A program made the position numbers and the translations under genes. A stretch of DNA of 64,000 nucleotides from Gemmatimonadota bacterium (GTDB lineage Bacteria > Gemmatimonadota > Gemmatimonadetes > Longimicrobiales > Gaopeijiaceae). The notes under the pieces are model-generated. The model did not search any database. It was not told where the DNA came from and worked only from the letters and a program-made list of their open reading frames with translations. Of the stretch, positions 44,331 to 56,700 are shown piece by piece. The stretch is taken from NCBI GenBank assembly GCA_034521595.1, contig JAXHMG010000003.1, positions 2,240,001-2,304,000 of the forward strand. Reading direction: 5' to 3'. The stretch's first letter is position 1. Every line of letters starts with the position of its first letter.

Positions 44331-46841
44331 ATGTCCGACGACCGGTCTCCGGACTCCACCCGTCGAACTTTTCCGCAATCCGGCGAGATGCCCCGCGCGC
44401 TGCGGCACTTCGACTGGACCGGCACGAGCGTCGGCGTCCCGGAGGATTGGGCCCCGGACCTCCGGGCTTCGGTGGATCTCGTGCTCGACAGCCGTATTCC
44501 CATGATGATCGGGTGGGGCCCCGACCTCCGCCTGATCTACAACGACGGCTACATCCCGATCCTCGGCGACAAGCATCCCGTGGTGTGGCAGCCCTGTGCG
44601 GAGGCATTCGGTGAGGTCTGGGACATCGTGGGTCCGATCCTCACCGAGGTCTACGAGAGCGGAGAAGCGGTCCTGCGGGAGAACGAATTGCTCCCGCTCC
44701 GCCGCCGGGGCTTTCTGGAGGAGTGTTACTTCACGTTTTCCTACTCCCCGCTCCGGGACGCACACGGTCGCGTCGTCGGGCTGCTCTCCACCGCCATCGA
44801 GACGACCTCCGAAGTCGTCGCGAACCGCCGCGAGCGTGTGCTCCAGGCCGTGGCCAGGCCGCTCGCGCCCGCCCATCCCGACGAAGCGGTCCGACTCGCG
44901 TGCCGCGCCCTGGACGGAGCCCGAGACGTGCCGTTCCATCTGGCGCTTCTGCGGTCGGACGACGGCACCCTCCGAGTCGCCGCGTCCGCGCAGGCAGAGG
45001 TGGACTGGGACGACGGCGTCCGCGAGACCGACCTCCGACGACAGGGCTGGCCCATCGGGCGGCCTGCCGAGGGTGCGACCACGGCGGCGCTCTCCCGGTT
45101 GGTGGGGCTCCAGGCTTCCGAGCAGGCACGAGAGCGCTGCACACACGCCACCGTGCTTCCGCTCGAAGCACCGGGTGTGGACGGCGCCCCCGACGGATGG
45201 CTCGTCCTCGGTACCGCTTCGGACCTTCCGTGGGACGACGCATACCGAGCGTTCATGGGACGGATCGCCGATCTGGTGCACCGACAACACGACGCCCAAC
45301 GGCTCCGCGCCCTACTCGTCGCCGAAGCGGAGGACCGGTACCGCGAGCTCTTCATGCAGGCCCTCGACGGCATCATTCTCGGGAAGCCCTCCGGAGAGAT
45401 CATCGCGGCGAATCCGGCCGCGTGTCAGATCCTCGGGTACACCGAAGCGGAGCTGATCGCCGGTGGCCGTGCCCTGATCCGGGACCCCAACGACCCCCGA
45501 TGGCAGGAGGGTCTCGAGAACCGCGCCGAGTCGGGCCGGTTCTCGGGCGAGACCACCTGGGTGCATCGTTCGGGGCGTCGGGTGCATTGTGAGGTCACGA
45601 GTCGCGTATACCGGGACGCTTCCGGTGAACCGCGAAGCACCGTCATCCTCCGGGACGTCAGCAAGCGGCTCGAGTTGCAGGCGCAGCTCGCCGAGGCCCA
45701 GAAGATGGAAGTGGTGGGACGCATCTCGGGTGGGATCGCGCACGATTTCAACAATCTCCTCGCCGTCATCGACGTCCAGACCGACCTGCTACGGGACGAG
45801 TTGGCCGAGAGCCCGACCGCCCTCTCCGACCTCGACCTCCTGTCCCAGACGAGCCATCGAGCCGCCGCGCTCATCCGTCGGCTGCTCGACTTCACGCGGC
45901 ACGCGCCCGGAGAAGCCCAAACCTTCAACCCGGCCATCGCCGTGACCGACATGACCCCGCTCCTGCGTCGGCTCGTCGGGTCCGGGTGTGAGCTGGTCTT
46001 CGAGCTCGCGGAAGACGTGCCCGATGTGACGATGGCACCGCACCAGTTCGAACAGGTGGTCATGAACCTCGTGGTCAACGCGAGAGACGCCGTGGAGGAA
46101 GCCGGGCGCGAGGGGATAATCGAAGCTCGTGTCGCGTCGGAGCCGGACGGCGGCTCGGTCCTGATCGAGGTGCGTGACAACGGGATCGGGATCCCCGCGT
46201 CGAGGCTGCCCGACATCTTCGACGCCTTCCACACGACCAAGGCCCACGGCACCGGCATCGGTCTCAACACGGTTCGCACCCTGGCCAACGAGCTGGGTGG
46301 CTCGGTCTCGGTCGAAAGCACCGAGGGCGAAGGGACTACGTTCACGGTGCGGCTCCCGGCCGAAGCGGCCGCGGCCCGCACCGATGTCGCGGCGCACGAG
46401 TCGCCCGTCGGAGGCCGCTTGGACGGTCTCCGCATTCTCCTGGTGGAGGATCAGGCTCACCTGCGCACGGTCCTCTCGAGAGTTCTGCAACGGGCGGGAG
46501 CCGATGTCCTCGTCGCCGCGAACGGAGAAGAAGCGCTGCGACTCGTCGACGACCGATCACCGCAGGTGCTGGTCACCGATGTCGTGATGCCGCTCTTGTC
46601 CGGCCCGGAGCTGGTGCGCCTCCTCCGGGGCCGCCATCCGGGCACGGCCGTCGTGCTCATGTCGGGCTACACCGGTGACGAGATCGTCCCGGCCGAGCTC
46701 CTCGACGGAACCCGGTTTCTACACAAGCCCTTCGCCGCCGGCGCCCTCGTGGAGGCGGTGCTCGAGGCGTTGACCTCGACCGAGCCCGACGGTCGTCCCT
46801 CGCCCGGATCCGAACCGCGGGCGGACACGGACCATGGGTGA
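44331..46841 (+). CDS. Cytoplasmic hybrid PAS sensor histidine kinase / response regulator
   Basis: FDW...PEDW and YNDGY PAS-like N-terminus, second PAS, GGIAHDFNNLL, NLVVNARDA, GTGIGL, receiver LLVED / TDVVMP / KPF. Confidence 0.93.
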   Translation: MSDDRSPDSTRRTFPQSGEMPRALRHFDWTGTSVGVPEDWAPDLRASVDLVLDSRIPMMIGWGPDLRLIYNDGYIPILGDKHPVVWQPCAEAFGEVWDIVGPILTEVYESGEAVLRENELLPLRRRGFLEECYFTFSYSPLRDAHGRVVGLLSTAIETTSEVVANRRERVLQAVARPLAPAHPDEAVRLACRALDGARDVPFHLALLRSDDGTLRVAASAQAEVDWDDGVRETDLRRQGWPIGRPAEGATTAALSRLVGLQASEQARERCTHATVLPLEAPGVDGAPDGWLVLGTASDLPWDDAYRAFMGRIADLVHRQHDAQRLRALLVAEAEDRYRELFMQALDGIILGKPSGEIIAANPAACQILGYTEAELIAGGRALIRDPNDPRWQEGLENRAESGRFSGETTWVHRSGRRVHCEVTSRVYRDASGEPRSTVILRDVSKRLELQAQLAEAQKMEVVGRISGGIAHDFNNLLAVIDVQTDLLRDELAESPTALSDLDLLSQTSHRAAALIRRLLDFTRHAPGEAQTFNPAIAVTDMTPLLRRLVGSGCELVFELAEDVPDVTMAPHQFEQVVMNLVVNARDAVEEAGREGIIEARVASEPDGGSVLIEVRDNGIGIPASRLPDIFDAFHTTKAHGTGIGLNTVRTLANELGGSVSVESTEGEGTTFTVRLPAEAAAARTDVAAHESPVGGRLDGLRILLVEDQAHLRTVLSRVLQRAGADVLVAANGEEALRLVDDRSPQVLVTDVVMPLLSGPELVRLLRGRHPGTAVVLMSGYTGDEIVPAELLDGTRFLHKPFAAGALVEAVLEALTSTEPDGRPSPGSEPRADTDHG

Positions 46842-46873
46842 GGGGCGACCGTCGGCGTTCGCGGGGCGGCCGC

Positions 46874-47971
46874 TCAGTGAGCGTGTCCTCCGAGCGGCGC
46901 GAACGACTTCTGCCAACCGACGGTCAGCATCCAGTCGGTCTCGAGCTGCGGACCGTCGAGGTCTTGGTAGACCGGAGGATGGATCTCGATGGCCACCCGG
47001 TGCCCCGCGAGTGGTCCGTCGGGCGCATAGAGGTTCAGCCCGACGGGCACCTCCAGCCGACGTCCGGAGCGCAGGTCCGTACGAGCAGTCGGGACCATGT
47101 TCGGGGCCAGGGCCGGATCCTCACCATCGATGTCCCCCCAAACCGAGTACGAGGACCGTACCGAGACGCTCAACCAACGTGTCGCCCGAAGCGCGAGCCA
47201 ACCCGTGGCTTCGAGCTCGTTGCCCAGGGTCCAACCACGGTCGTTCTCACCCGTGCGAAGGGTGCCGAGCGCTTGCGCGCCCCAGGACCAACGGTCGGTC
47301 ATGCCGAGATAGGTGACGCCCGGCACGAAGTCCCACGTACCGGAGCCGAGCTGCATCGGATAGGGGAGCTGGACTTCTTCCCCCCCGGAGGCGGGAGTGA
47401 CGTCCCGATGCTCCACGGAACCGAGGGGTGCGGAGATACCGAGATTCAAGTGCGCGCGGTGGGCACCGCTCGTGACGAGCCCGACGAGCCCGCCCACCCG
47501 AGCGTCTCCGATCCCGGAGGCTTCCGTCGTGAAGGTGCCCCCGGAGCGTGTCTCGTGGTCCATCTCCGTGGAGCGGTAGTTGCCCATCAAGAGCATCGTC
47601 AACCGGTCACTAGGTGCGTACATGACGCCGAACATGTGCATGCGCATCGGCATGGCGGTCGGCGTGACCATGAAGTCGTACTCGCCCGCCGGATCGACGA
47701 TCGCTTGCGGGCTCACCGGGTCCGTGCCGTCCCGGTTTCCCTCCATGGACATATGCATGAAGCGGTACGAGAGCATCCACTCACCGCTGGCGTGCGTGTG
47801 GTCCCCCATGACGCCGATCGGCGCGTGGCCGTCCGGCCGGCTGGCCGTCCATTCGACCTGGGCGTGTGACTCCGCGGGCCGGACGAGGCCGACTACAGTG
47901 CCCAAAACGGCGAGGAGAAGGGCGAACGCTCTGGCATTCAAAGACTTCGATATACGCTGCGAGAGATTCAT
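46874..47971 (-). CDS. Outer-membrane beta-barrel transporter with His/Met-rich N-terminus
   Basis: Signal peptide; RPDGHAPIGVMGDHTH, WMLSYRFMHMSM, MPMRMHM, GIGD, LPYPMQLGSGT. Confidence 0.75.
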   Translation of the reverse strand: MNLSQRISKSLNARAFALLLAVLGTVVGLVRPAESHAQVEWTASRPDGHAPIGVMGDHTHASGEWMLSYRFMHMSMEGNRDGTDPVSPQAIVDPAGEYDFMVTPTAMPMRMHMFGVMYAPSDRLTMLLMGNYRSTEMDHETRSGGTFTTEASGIGDARVGGLVGLVTSGAHRAHLNLGISAPLGSVEHRDVTPASGGEEVQLPYPMQLGSGTWDFVPGVTYLGMTDRWSWGAQALGTLRTGENDRGWTLGNELEATGWLALRATRWLSVSVRSSYSVWGDIDGEDPALAPNMVPTARTDLRSGRRLEVPVGLNLYAPDGPLAGHRVAIEIHPPVYQDLDGPQLETDWMLTVGWQKSFAPLGGHAH

Positions 47972-48113
47972 GATGATCTGGGTCCTCGTGCTCGTGTGGT
48001 GAGATCGCTTCATAGCCGTTCCCGAAGACCCCGTGCACGCCGAGCGATGATGCACTACTCCACGACACGCTCCGGGTGGGTCGTGGTCTCGGATGCGAGG
48101 CGTTCGGGGCCGA

Positions 48114-48142
48114 GGACCTCGGAGGCCGTCGGCCCGAGGTCC
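48114..48142. other. Hairpin between the uORF and the beta-barrel gene
   Basis: GGACCTCGG (48114-48122) pairs with CCGAGGTCC (48134-48142). Confidence 0.5.
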
Positions 48143-48166
48143 CGGAGCTACCGGTGATTCCGGAGC

Positions 48167-48577
48167 TCAGCCGGTGGCCGGAGGGGGATTGGGAAAGGGA
48201 AGGAGCCTCGGTGCGCGCGCTCGCGAAGGCGCCTCACCACTGGGGCGCGCCGGTTCGACCACGGACGGCTCGGCGAACCGTATCGTCGCCATGAACCCGG
48301 ACGGGCGCGTTATGGGCGCGCTTTGGGCCGGGTGGCAATCGCCGAGACAGGTACAGGGGCCCGGAGCGTCCATCGGCGCCCGACTCCGAGACTCCGCGGC
48401 CGCGGAGTCGTGGGCGGCGCCCCTGGCCGCGTGGTGGTGCGGGCAGTCGTGCCGAAGAAGATCGGGCGTGGCCGCCGGCAGGATCGCCATGAGGCATACG
48501 AGCGCGAACACCCGCCTCACGACCGGCCGTCCAGGCCGGCCGTACCGGCGAATCCGTAGCGAAGGCATACACCACAT
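48167..48577 (-). CDS. DUF2946/CruR-like Cys/His-rich small exported protein with Pro-rich C-terminus
   Basis: Hydrophobic N-region, CPHHH, CTCLGDCH, C-terminal RARAPRLLPFPNPPP; extended -10 (TGtTAGCTT) 6 nt before ATG 48577. Confidence 0.65.
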   Translation of the reverse strand: MWCMPSLRIRRYGRPGRPVVRRVFALVCLMAILPAATPDLLRHDCPHHHAARGAAHDSAAAESRSRAPMDAPGPCTCLGDCHPAQSAPITRPSGFMATIRFAEPSVVEPARPSGEAPSRARAPRLLPFPNPPPATG

Positions 48578-48667
48578 ATCTCGAAGCTAACACAATATCC
48601 GGAGCGCTTCAGCGCCGCTTCGCCCTTCCGCGACCGAGGAAGCCGACACCCCGTTTTCCTCGACCAG

Positions 48668-51595
<2,928 letters not shown>

Positions 51596-51603
51596 AGCCT
51601 GGA

Positions 51604-51633
51604 ATACTAACTCAGGCGGGGACATCGGCTCAA
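51604..51633 (-). promoter_or_regulatory. Sigma70-type promoter of uvrA (near-leaderless)
   Basis: TTGAGC, N18, TAGTAT ending 8 nt before ATG 51595. Confidence 0.45.
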
Positions 51634-51791
51634 TCACGGGGGCTCGGCCGAGCGACGAGCGCCGCCGTCCGTGCGGCCGGTTCGTCACGGGCGTCTGGTC
51701 GCTGGCGCCGGCGATGGACTACCTTCCGGGTGCCGTCGTACCGGAAGCCCTACACTCCGGTTGCCGCACAACCGTCACGAATGGAGGAGCG

Positions 51792-52721
51792 ATGTTTCAG
51801 ACCCTGCTGGTGCCGCTGGATGGCTCGGAGTTCAGCGAGCGAAGCGTTCCCCTCGCACGGGGGCTCGCTCGAGCCTCGTCGGGCGCGCTGCACTTGGTGC
51901 AGGTCCACCCACCCGCCGTAGCGGGCCACATGCTCTCCTCCAGCCAGTTCGCGTACCGCAGCTTGGACCTGGAAGCCTACGCCGAGCGTCACCGGGAGGA
52001 AGCCGGCCGGCACCTCGAACAGTTGGCGAACAAGCTGTCCGGGGACGGGACGGCCGTGCACACCACCGTGCTCGAAGGGCCCATCGCCGAGACCCTGGCG
52101 GACCATGCCGGCGCCATCGGCGCGGACCTGATCGTCATGACGACTCACGGCCGGGCGGGTGCGAACCGCATGTGGTTGGGAAGCGTCGCCGACGCGCTCG
52201 TGCGTCACACCCACACGCCGATTCTGCTCATGCACCCCGAGGACCAAGACCGTGACACCGTCGAGGTCGACCGACTGAAGCACATTCTGGTCCCCCTCGA
52301 CGGCTCGGATCTGGCCGAGAGCGTGCTCGCGCCCACGGCTACCCTGGCGCGCACGACGGGCGCGCGGTTGACGCTCGCGCACATCGTGGCGTCGCAGTCC
52401 GCGCTCGGAGCCGGATTGGTCCCCCTCCTTCCGGACGATATCGTCCGGATCCGGGAGCAGGCGAACGAGTACCTCGAGAACACCGCCGACCGCCTACGCT
52501 CGGAGGGCCTGACCGTCGACACCCATGTCTGCGAGGGAGAAACGGCGGCCCCGACCGTGGCGGCCGTGGCCAAGGACCTGAAGGCCGACCTCGTCTCCCT
52601 CGCCACGCATGGATACGGCGGGCTCAAGCGCGCAGTCCTCGGAAGCGTGGCGGACAAGGTCCTCCGATCCAGCCCCCTCCCGATGTTGGTCTTGCGACCG
52701 GACTCCCGCAGCGGCTCGTGA
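51792..52721 (+). CDS. Tandem-domain universal stress protein
   Basis: Two LVPLDGS...THG...LGSVAD units; GGAGG RBS. Confidence 0.93.
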   Translation: MFQTLLVPLDGSEFSERSVPLARGLARASSGALHLVQVHPPAVAGHMLSSSQFAYRSLDLEAYAERHREEAGRHLEQLANKLSGDGTAVHTTVLEGPIAETLADHAGAIGADLIVMTTHGRAGANRMWLGSVADALVRHTHTPILLMHPEDQDRDTVEVDRLKHILVPLDGSDLAESVLAPTATLARTTGARLTLAHIVASQSALGAGLVPLLPDDIVRIREQANEYLENTADRLRSEGLTVDTHVCEGETAAPTVAAVAKDLKADLVSLATHGYGGLKRAVLGSVADKVLRSSPLPMLVLRPDSRSGS

Positions 52722-52755
52722 AGGCCGTGAAAGCCAGCGGGGCGGACACTCGAGC

Positions 52756-52798
52756 ACGCGGGCGCGGGCCGGGCGAAGCATGCCCGGCCCGCCCGCGT
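52756..52798. terminator. GC-rich hairpin between convergent usp and htpX
   Basis: GCGGGCCGGGC-gaagcat-GCCCGGCCCGC with outer extension; no clear U-tract. Confidence 0.5.
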
Positions 52799-52806
52799 TC
52801 AGCCGT

Positions 52807-53661
52807 TTAGCCAGCCAGCTCCTGCAGCCGCTCGACCCGGGCCTCGGTCGGCGGATGGGTCCGGAACAGCCCGAGAAAGGCCTGGCCCTTCCGGCCACCC
52901 GCAAGCGGATTCACGATCGCGAGCTGTGCGGCGGCCGCATTCACATCCATCGGGACGCGCTTCGCGTTCGCTTCCAGGCTCTTCAAGGCGCTCGCGAGTC
53001 CTCTCGGGTCTCCGGTGATCGCGGCGGCGCTGGCGTCCGCCTGAAACTCGTTTTGCCGGCTGATCGCCATCTGTACGATCGCCGCGGCGATCGGCGCGAG
53101 AAGCGCCATCACCAGCAGGGCCAGTGGGTTCTGGTCACCGTCATCATCTCCGCCGAAGCCGCCGAAGATCATCCCCCACCGCACGATGCTGCCGAGCATC
53201 GCGATCGCCCCGGCCATCGTGGCCGCGACCGTGCCCACGAGCATATGCCGGTGCTGGACGTGCGCCAACTCGTGCGCGATCACACCTTCGAGCTCCCGCC
53301 GGTTCAGGGCCCGGAGGAGCCCCGCGGTCACACACACGACGGCGCGGGAGGGATTCCGCCCGGTAGCGAACGCGTTCGGCTGATCCGACGGCGCGATGGC
53401 CACGGTCGGCATCGGCAACCCGGCGCGCTGGCGTAGGCGGTCGACCATCTCGTAGAGCTCCGGAGCATCGGCGGGTCCGATGGTACGGGCCTTGTACATC
53501 CGGAGAACGGCACGGTCACTGAACCAGTACATCCCGAAATTCATGACCGCGGCCATGGCGAAGAACAGCACGGCCCCACCCGTGCCCCCGAAGTAGGATC
53601 CAAAGGCCACGAGTAGCACCGTGAGGCCGGTCATCAACCCGAAGACTTTGACCGTCTGCAT
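52807..53661 (-). CDS. htpX: Zinc metalloprotease HtpX (M48)
   Basis: PNAFATGRNP, GVIAHELAH, AISRQNEFQAD, FRTHPP. Confidence 0.95.
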   Translation of the reverse strand: MQTVKVFGLMTGLTVLLVAFGSYFGGTGGAVLFFAMAAVMNFGMYWFSDRAVLRMYKARTIGPADAPELYEMVDRLRQRAGLPMPTVAIAPSDQPNAFATGRNPSRAVVCVTAGLLRALNRRELEGVIAHELAHVQHRHMLVGTVAATMAGAIAMLGSIVRWGMIFGGFGGDDDGDQNPLALLVMALLAPIAAAIVQMAISRQNEFQADASAAAITGDPRGLASALKSLEANAKRVPMDVNAAAAQLAIVNPLAGGRKGQAFLGLFRTHPPTEARVERLQELAG

Positions 53662-53741
53662 ATTTGAGCGCTCCAGCATCGTAATCGATATTGTGAAACT
53701 TCGGACGAGAGTACACCTGGCCGGGCACCAGGGTTGCGGAG

Positions 53742-56700
53742 CTATTCGTTGTAACCCCACTCCCGAAAGAGAAGCACGCCGTAGATCTGCTCGCCTCCGA
53801 GCTCACCGATCCCGAATAGCCCCGTGCCGCTCCGCAGGAACTGGTCTTCGACGAACGCTTCCAGATTGTAGGCATCGGTCAGCGACCATTCGACCCGGAC
53901 CCCTCCCCAAGGATTGATATCCTGGTCCGCGAAGGGTCGCACCACGGCGACGATGAACACGTCGTCGCCGAGGTAGGACCCGGCTTCGAGCTGCGCGCTG
54001 GTCAGGCCGAGCCCCTCCACGCCTCGGGACACCGAGAGGTAGTCGAGCCCCAGATTCTGTGCGATCGCGGCCCCCGACTGGCTGAAAAAGGCCCCGGTCA
54101 ACACCGTGAAGCCGCTGGACACGGCCGTTGCCGCCGTCGACAGCGCACCGCTGTTGAGTTGGCTGTTGAAGAACGACTGCTGACTCCGTCCCAGCTCGGC
54201 CGCCGACCGGTTGAACACCAGGTACGAGATGAGATCGGATTGGGAGAGCTCGCCCTCTTCGGAGGCAAGGGTCACCCTGGGCTGGACCAGCGTGCCTTCG
54301 ACCGTGCCCCTGATGACGATGTCCTCCCCCTCGATGCGTCGGACTCGGCTGGTCGCGTTGATGTTCAACGTGGGATTAACCCCCGGGCGCCCGATGAACG
54401 ACACGGAACCCTCGTCGACATCGAAGGTCCGACCGAGCACCAGATAGGTCCCGCGCAGCGCCTGCAGCTCCCCGATCAGCACGAGATCGCCGGCGTTCCG
54501 ATCGTAGCGCACGAGCAGGTCACCGCCCATCTCGACGTTCATGTCGTTCGACCGGAGCCAGGTATCCCGAGGGACGGAGAGCTCCACGTCCACCCGCAAG
54601 TTGTCGAGGAACGGGTTGCGCACGTCGGACAGGATCGGCTGAGACATGAAGACCGTCGTGTCCACGGCGAGCCCCTGCCCGAACAGGCGTGGGTCCGTGA
54701 GGTCCACGACACCCGCGGCCCGGGAAAACTCGTCGACCTGAAGCGTGCCCTCGTCGACGGTGACCGCGCCCTCGGCGAGGGGACGCTGATAGGTGCCCGA
54801 AAGGGTGAATTGGCCACTGATGATCCCCTCGATGTCCCGTCGGTTCATCGCTCGGAAGCGGTCGAAGCTCACCTCCAGGTCCAGAGAGGGGTCCGAGAGC
54901 GGCGTGAGCCCGACGGTCCCGGAAACGGTGGAGACCCCCGTTCCACGGGTCTCGAGGTCGACGGACATCGTCCGGTCGCCCGTCAGCTCGAGGCTTCCGG
55001 AGACGTTCCTGTGCCGCACTCCCAATCCCTCGATGCTCCACGCGGCTCCTTCGAGCTCCACGGAACCGCTCGGCACAGGGTCGGCGGCGGTCCCTTCGAT
55101 CTGCACTTCCCCCGAGAGCGTGCCCTCGACGTCCTCGAGAGTCCCGAAATACGCCAACGCCACCCCCGCGCTCAACGAATCCGCGGAAATGGATACGTCC
55201 ATGGGCTCATCCAACCTGCGCGCCTCGACATCGGCGAGGGCGAGATCCATCGGGATCGTACCCGACGCCACGAGCGCGCGGCGGTCTCCTTCGCGGGCCT
55301 CCAGGCTGACGTCCATCGACCGACCACGGTAGGTCATGGTGCCGGAGAGGCGGGACATCTCGATGTTTCGGAAGCGCGGCTCGACGATGGCCAGGTCGGC
55401 GTCGATCAGCGGCGCCTCCGCCGGCCCGCGCAGGTGTAGAGCAAGATCCATGTGACCGGCGATATCGATCGCATCGCTCTGCGCCACGGTGCCGATCTCC
55501 TCGACGTGGAATCCTCCGATGTCCACGGTGAAGTCCGAATCGCCCCCTCGGGTCAACGTCCCGTGTGCGACGAAGTGCATGGGATCGTCGCCCGTGCGTC
55601 GTACATCCAACGTGTCGACGGTGAGCGACGTGCCATCCCACGTGACCGCGGCCGGACGTGAGAGAGTCCAGCTCCGTTCATCGATCGTGGCGGCGGCCTC
55701 GTCGAAGCGAACCGCTCCGCCGACCGAATCGAGCACGAAATCGCCGGCGACCTCGTACCATTCGGACGCACGTCGGGTGAGGAGCGCCCGTCCCTCCCCG
55801 GAGCGGTCGGTCATGGCCCCCTCGAACGACGCACGCTCGAAAGAGCGCCCACTCCACTCGACACCCGTGGCGTCCAACTGCACGTCCCAGCTCCCTTCCA
55901 GGGACGGGAGCCCCCCCACGGTCAGCGCCAACCGCATCGAGTCGACCTGATGCGAGCCGTAGGCGCCGCCGACCAGGCTCGCACGCAGGTCGACCCCGAG
56001 CTCCGCGAGGCGTCCAAAGAGCGTGGCTGTGCCGTCCACCGCTCCCTCCAAGCGCACGTCCTCCGCCGAGGGCAGGGTGTCCGGATCCACGCCTTCCACC
56101 CGCAGGAGCTCACGCTCGAGAGACGTGAGCTCGTCACGTACGATCAGCGAATCCCCCATCAGGGAGGGGCGGAGCCCGACCAGCGATTCGGTGGAGAACC
56201 TGATTTCGGCCTCGCCGTGCTCATCCGGACGCATTCCGAGCCGTCCCCCGCCCCGGAAGCGCACTCCGCCGATCGATCCGACCAATGAATCGGCGTGCAA
56301 CATGCCGGCTTCGGCTCGAAACGCGGTGGACACGCTATCAATCGCCAGACCACCGACTCGGGACGAGAACATGTCCAACATTGCCCGCCCCGCGACCGAA
56401 TCCAACGAGAACCCACTCCCTTCGACGGACAACGTTCCGGTCCAAGCGGCAGGATCGGGCATCCGGCCGCTGATCTCGGTGAGATGGAAGTCGTCCGCTT
56501 CCAGCTCGAGGCGATATCCTGACGCCGCTTCGAACAGGTTCACCCTCCCATTCAGGCGGACGCTCCCACGCGCGCCGTCCATCTCCCCGGCCACTTCGAG
56601 CGCGTCGAACGGACCGCGTGCCGTGAGCGGACCCCGCAGCTCCCCCTGCAGCTCGAGCTCCGGAGCGATGTCGCTCAACGCCGCGAGAGAAAGGGGGGCG

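Noticed and set aside
53711-53737. GCAACC-N16-TGTA ECF-like promoter before htpX
   Set aside because: A single weak match that cannot be told from chance.
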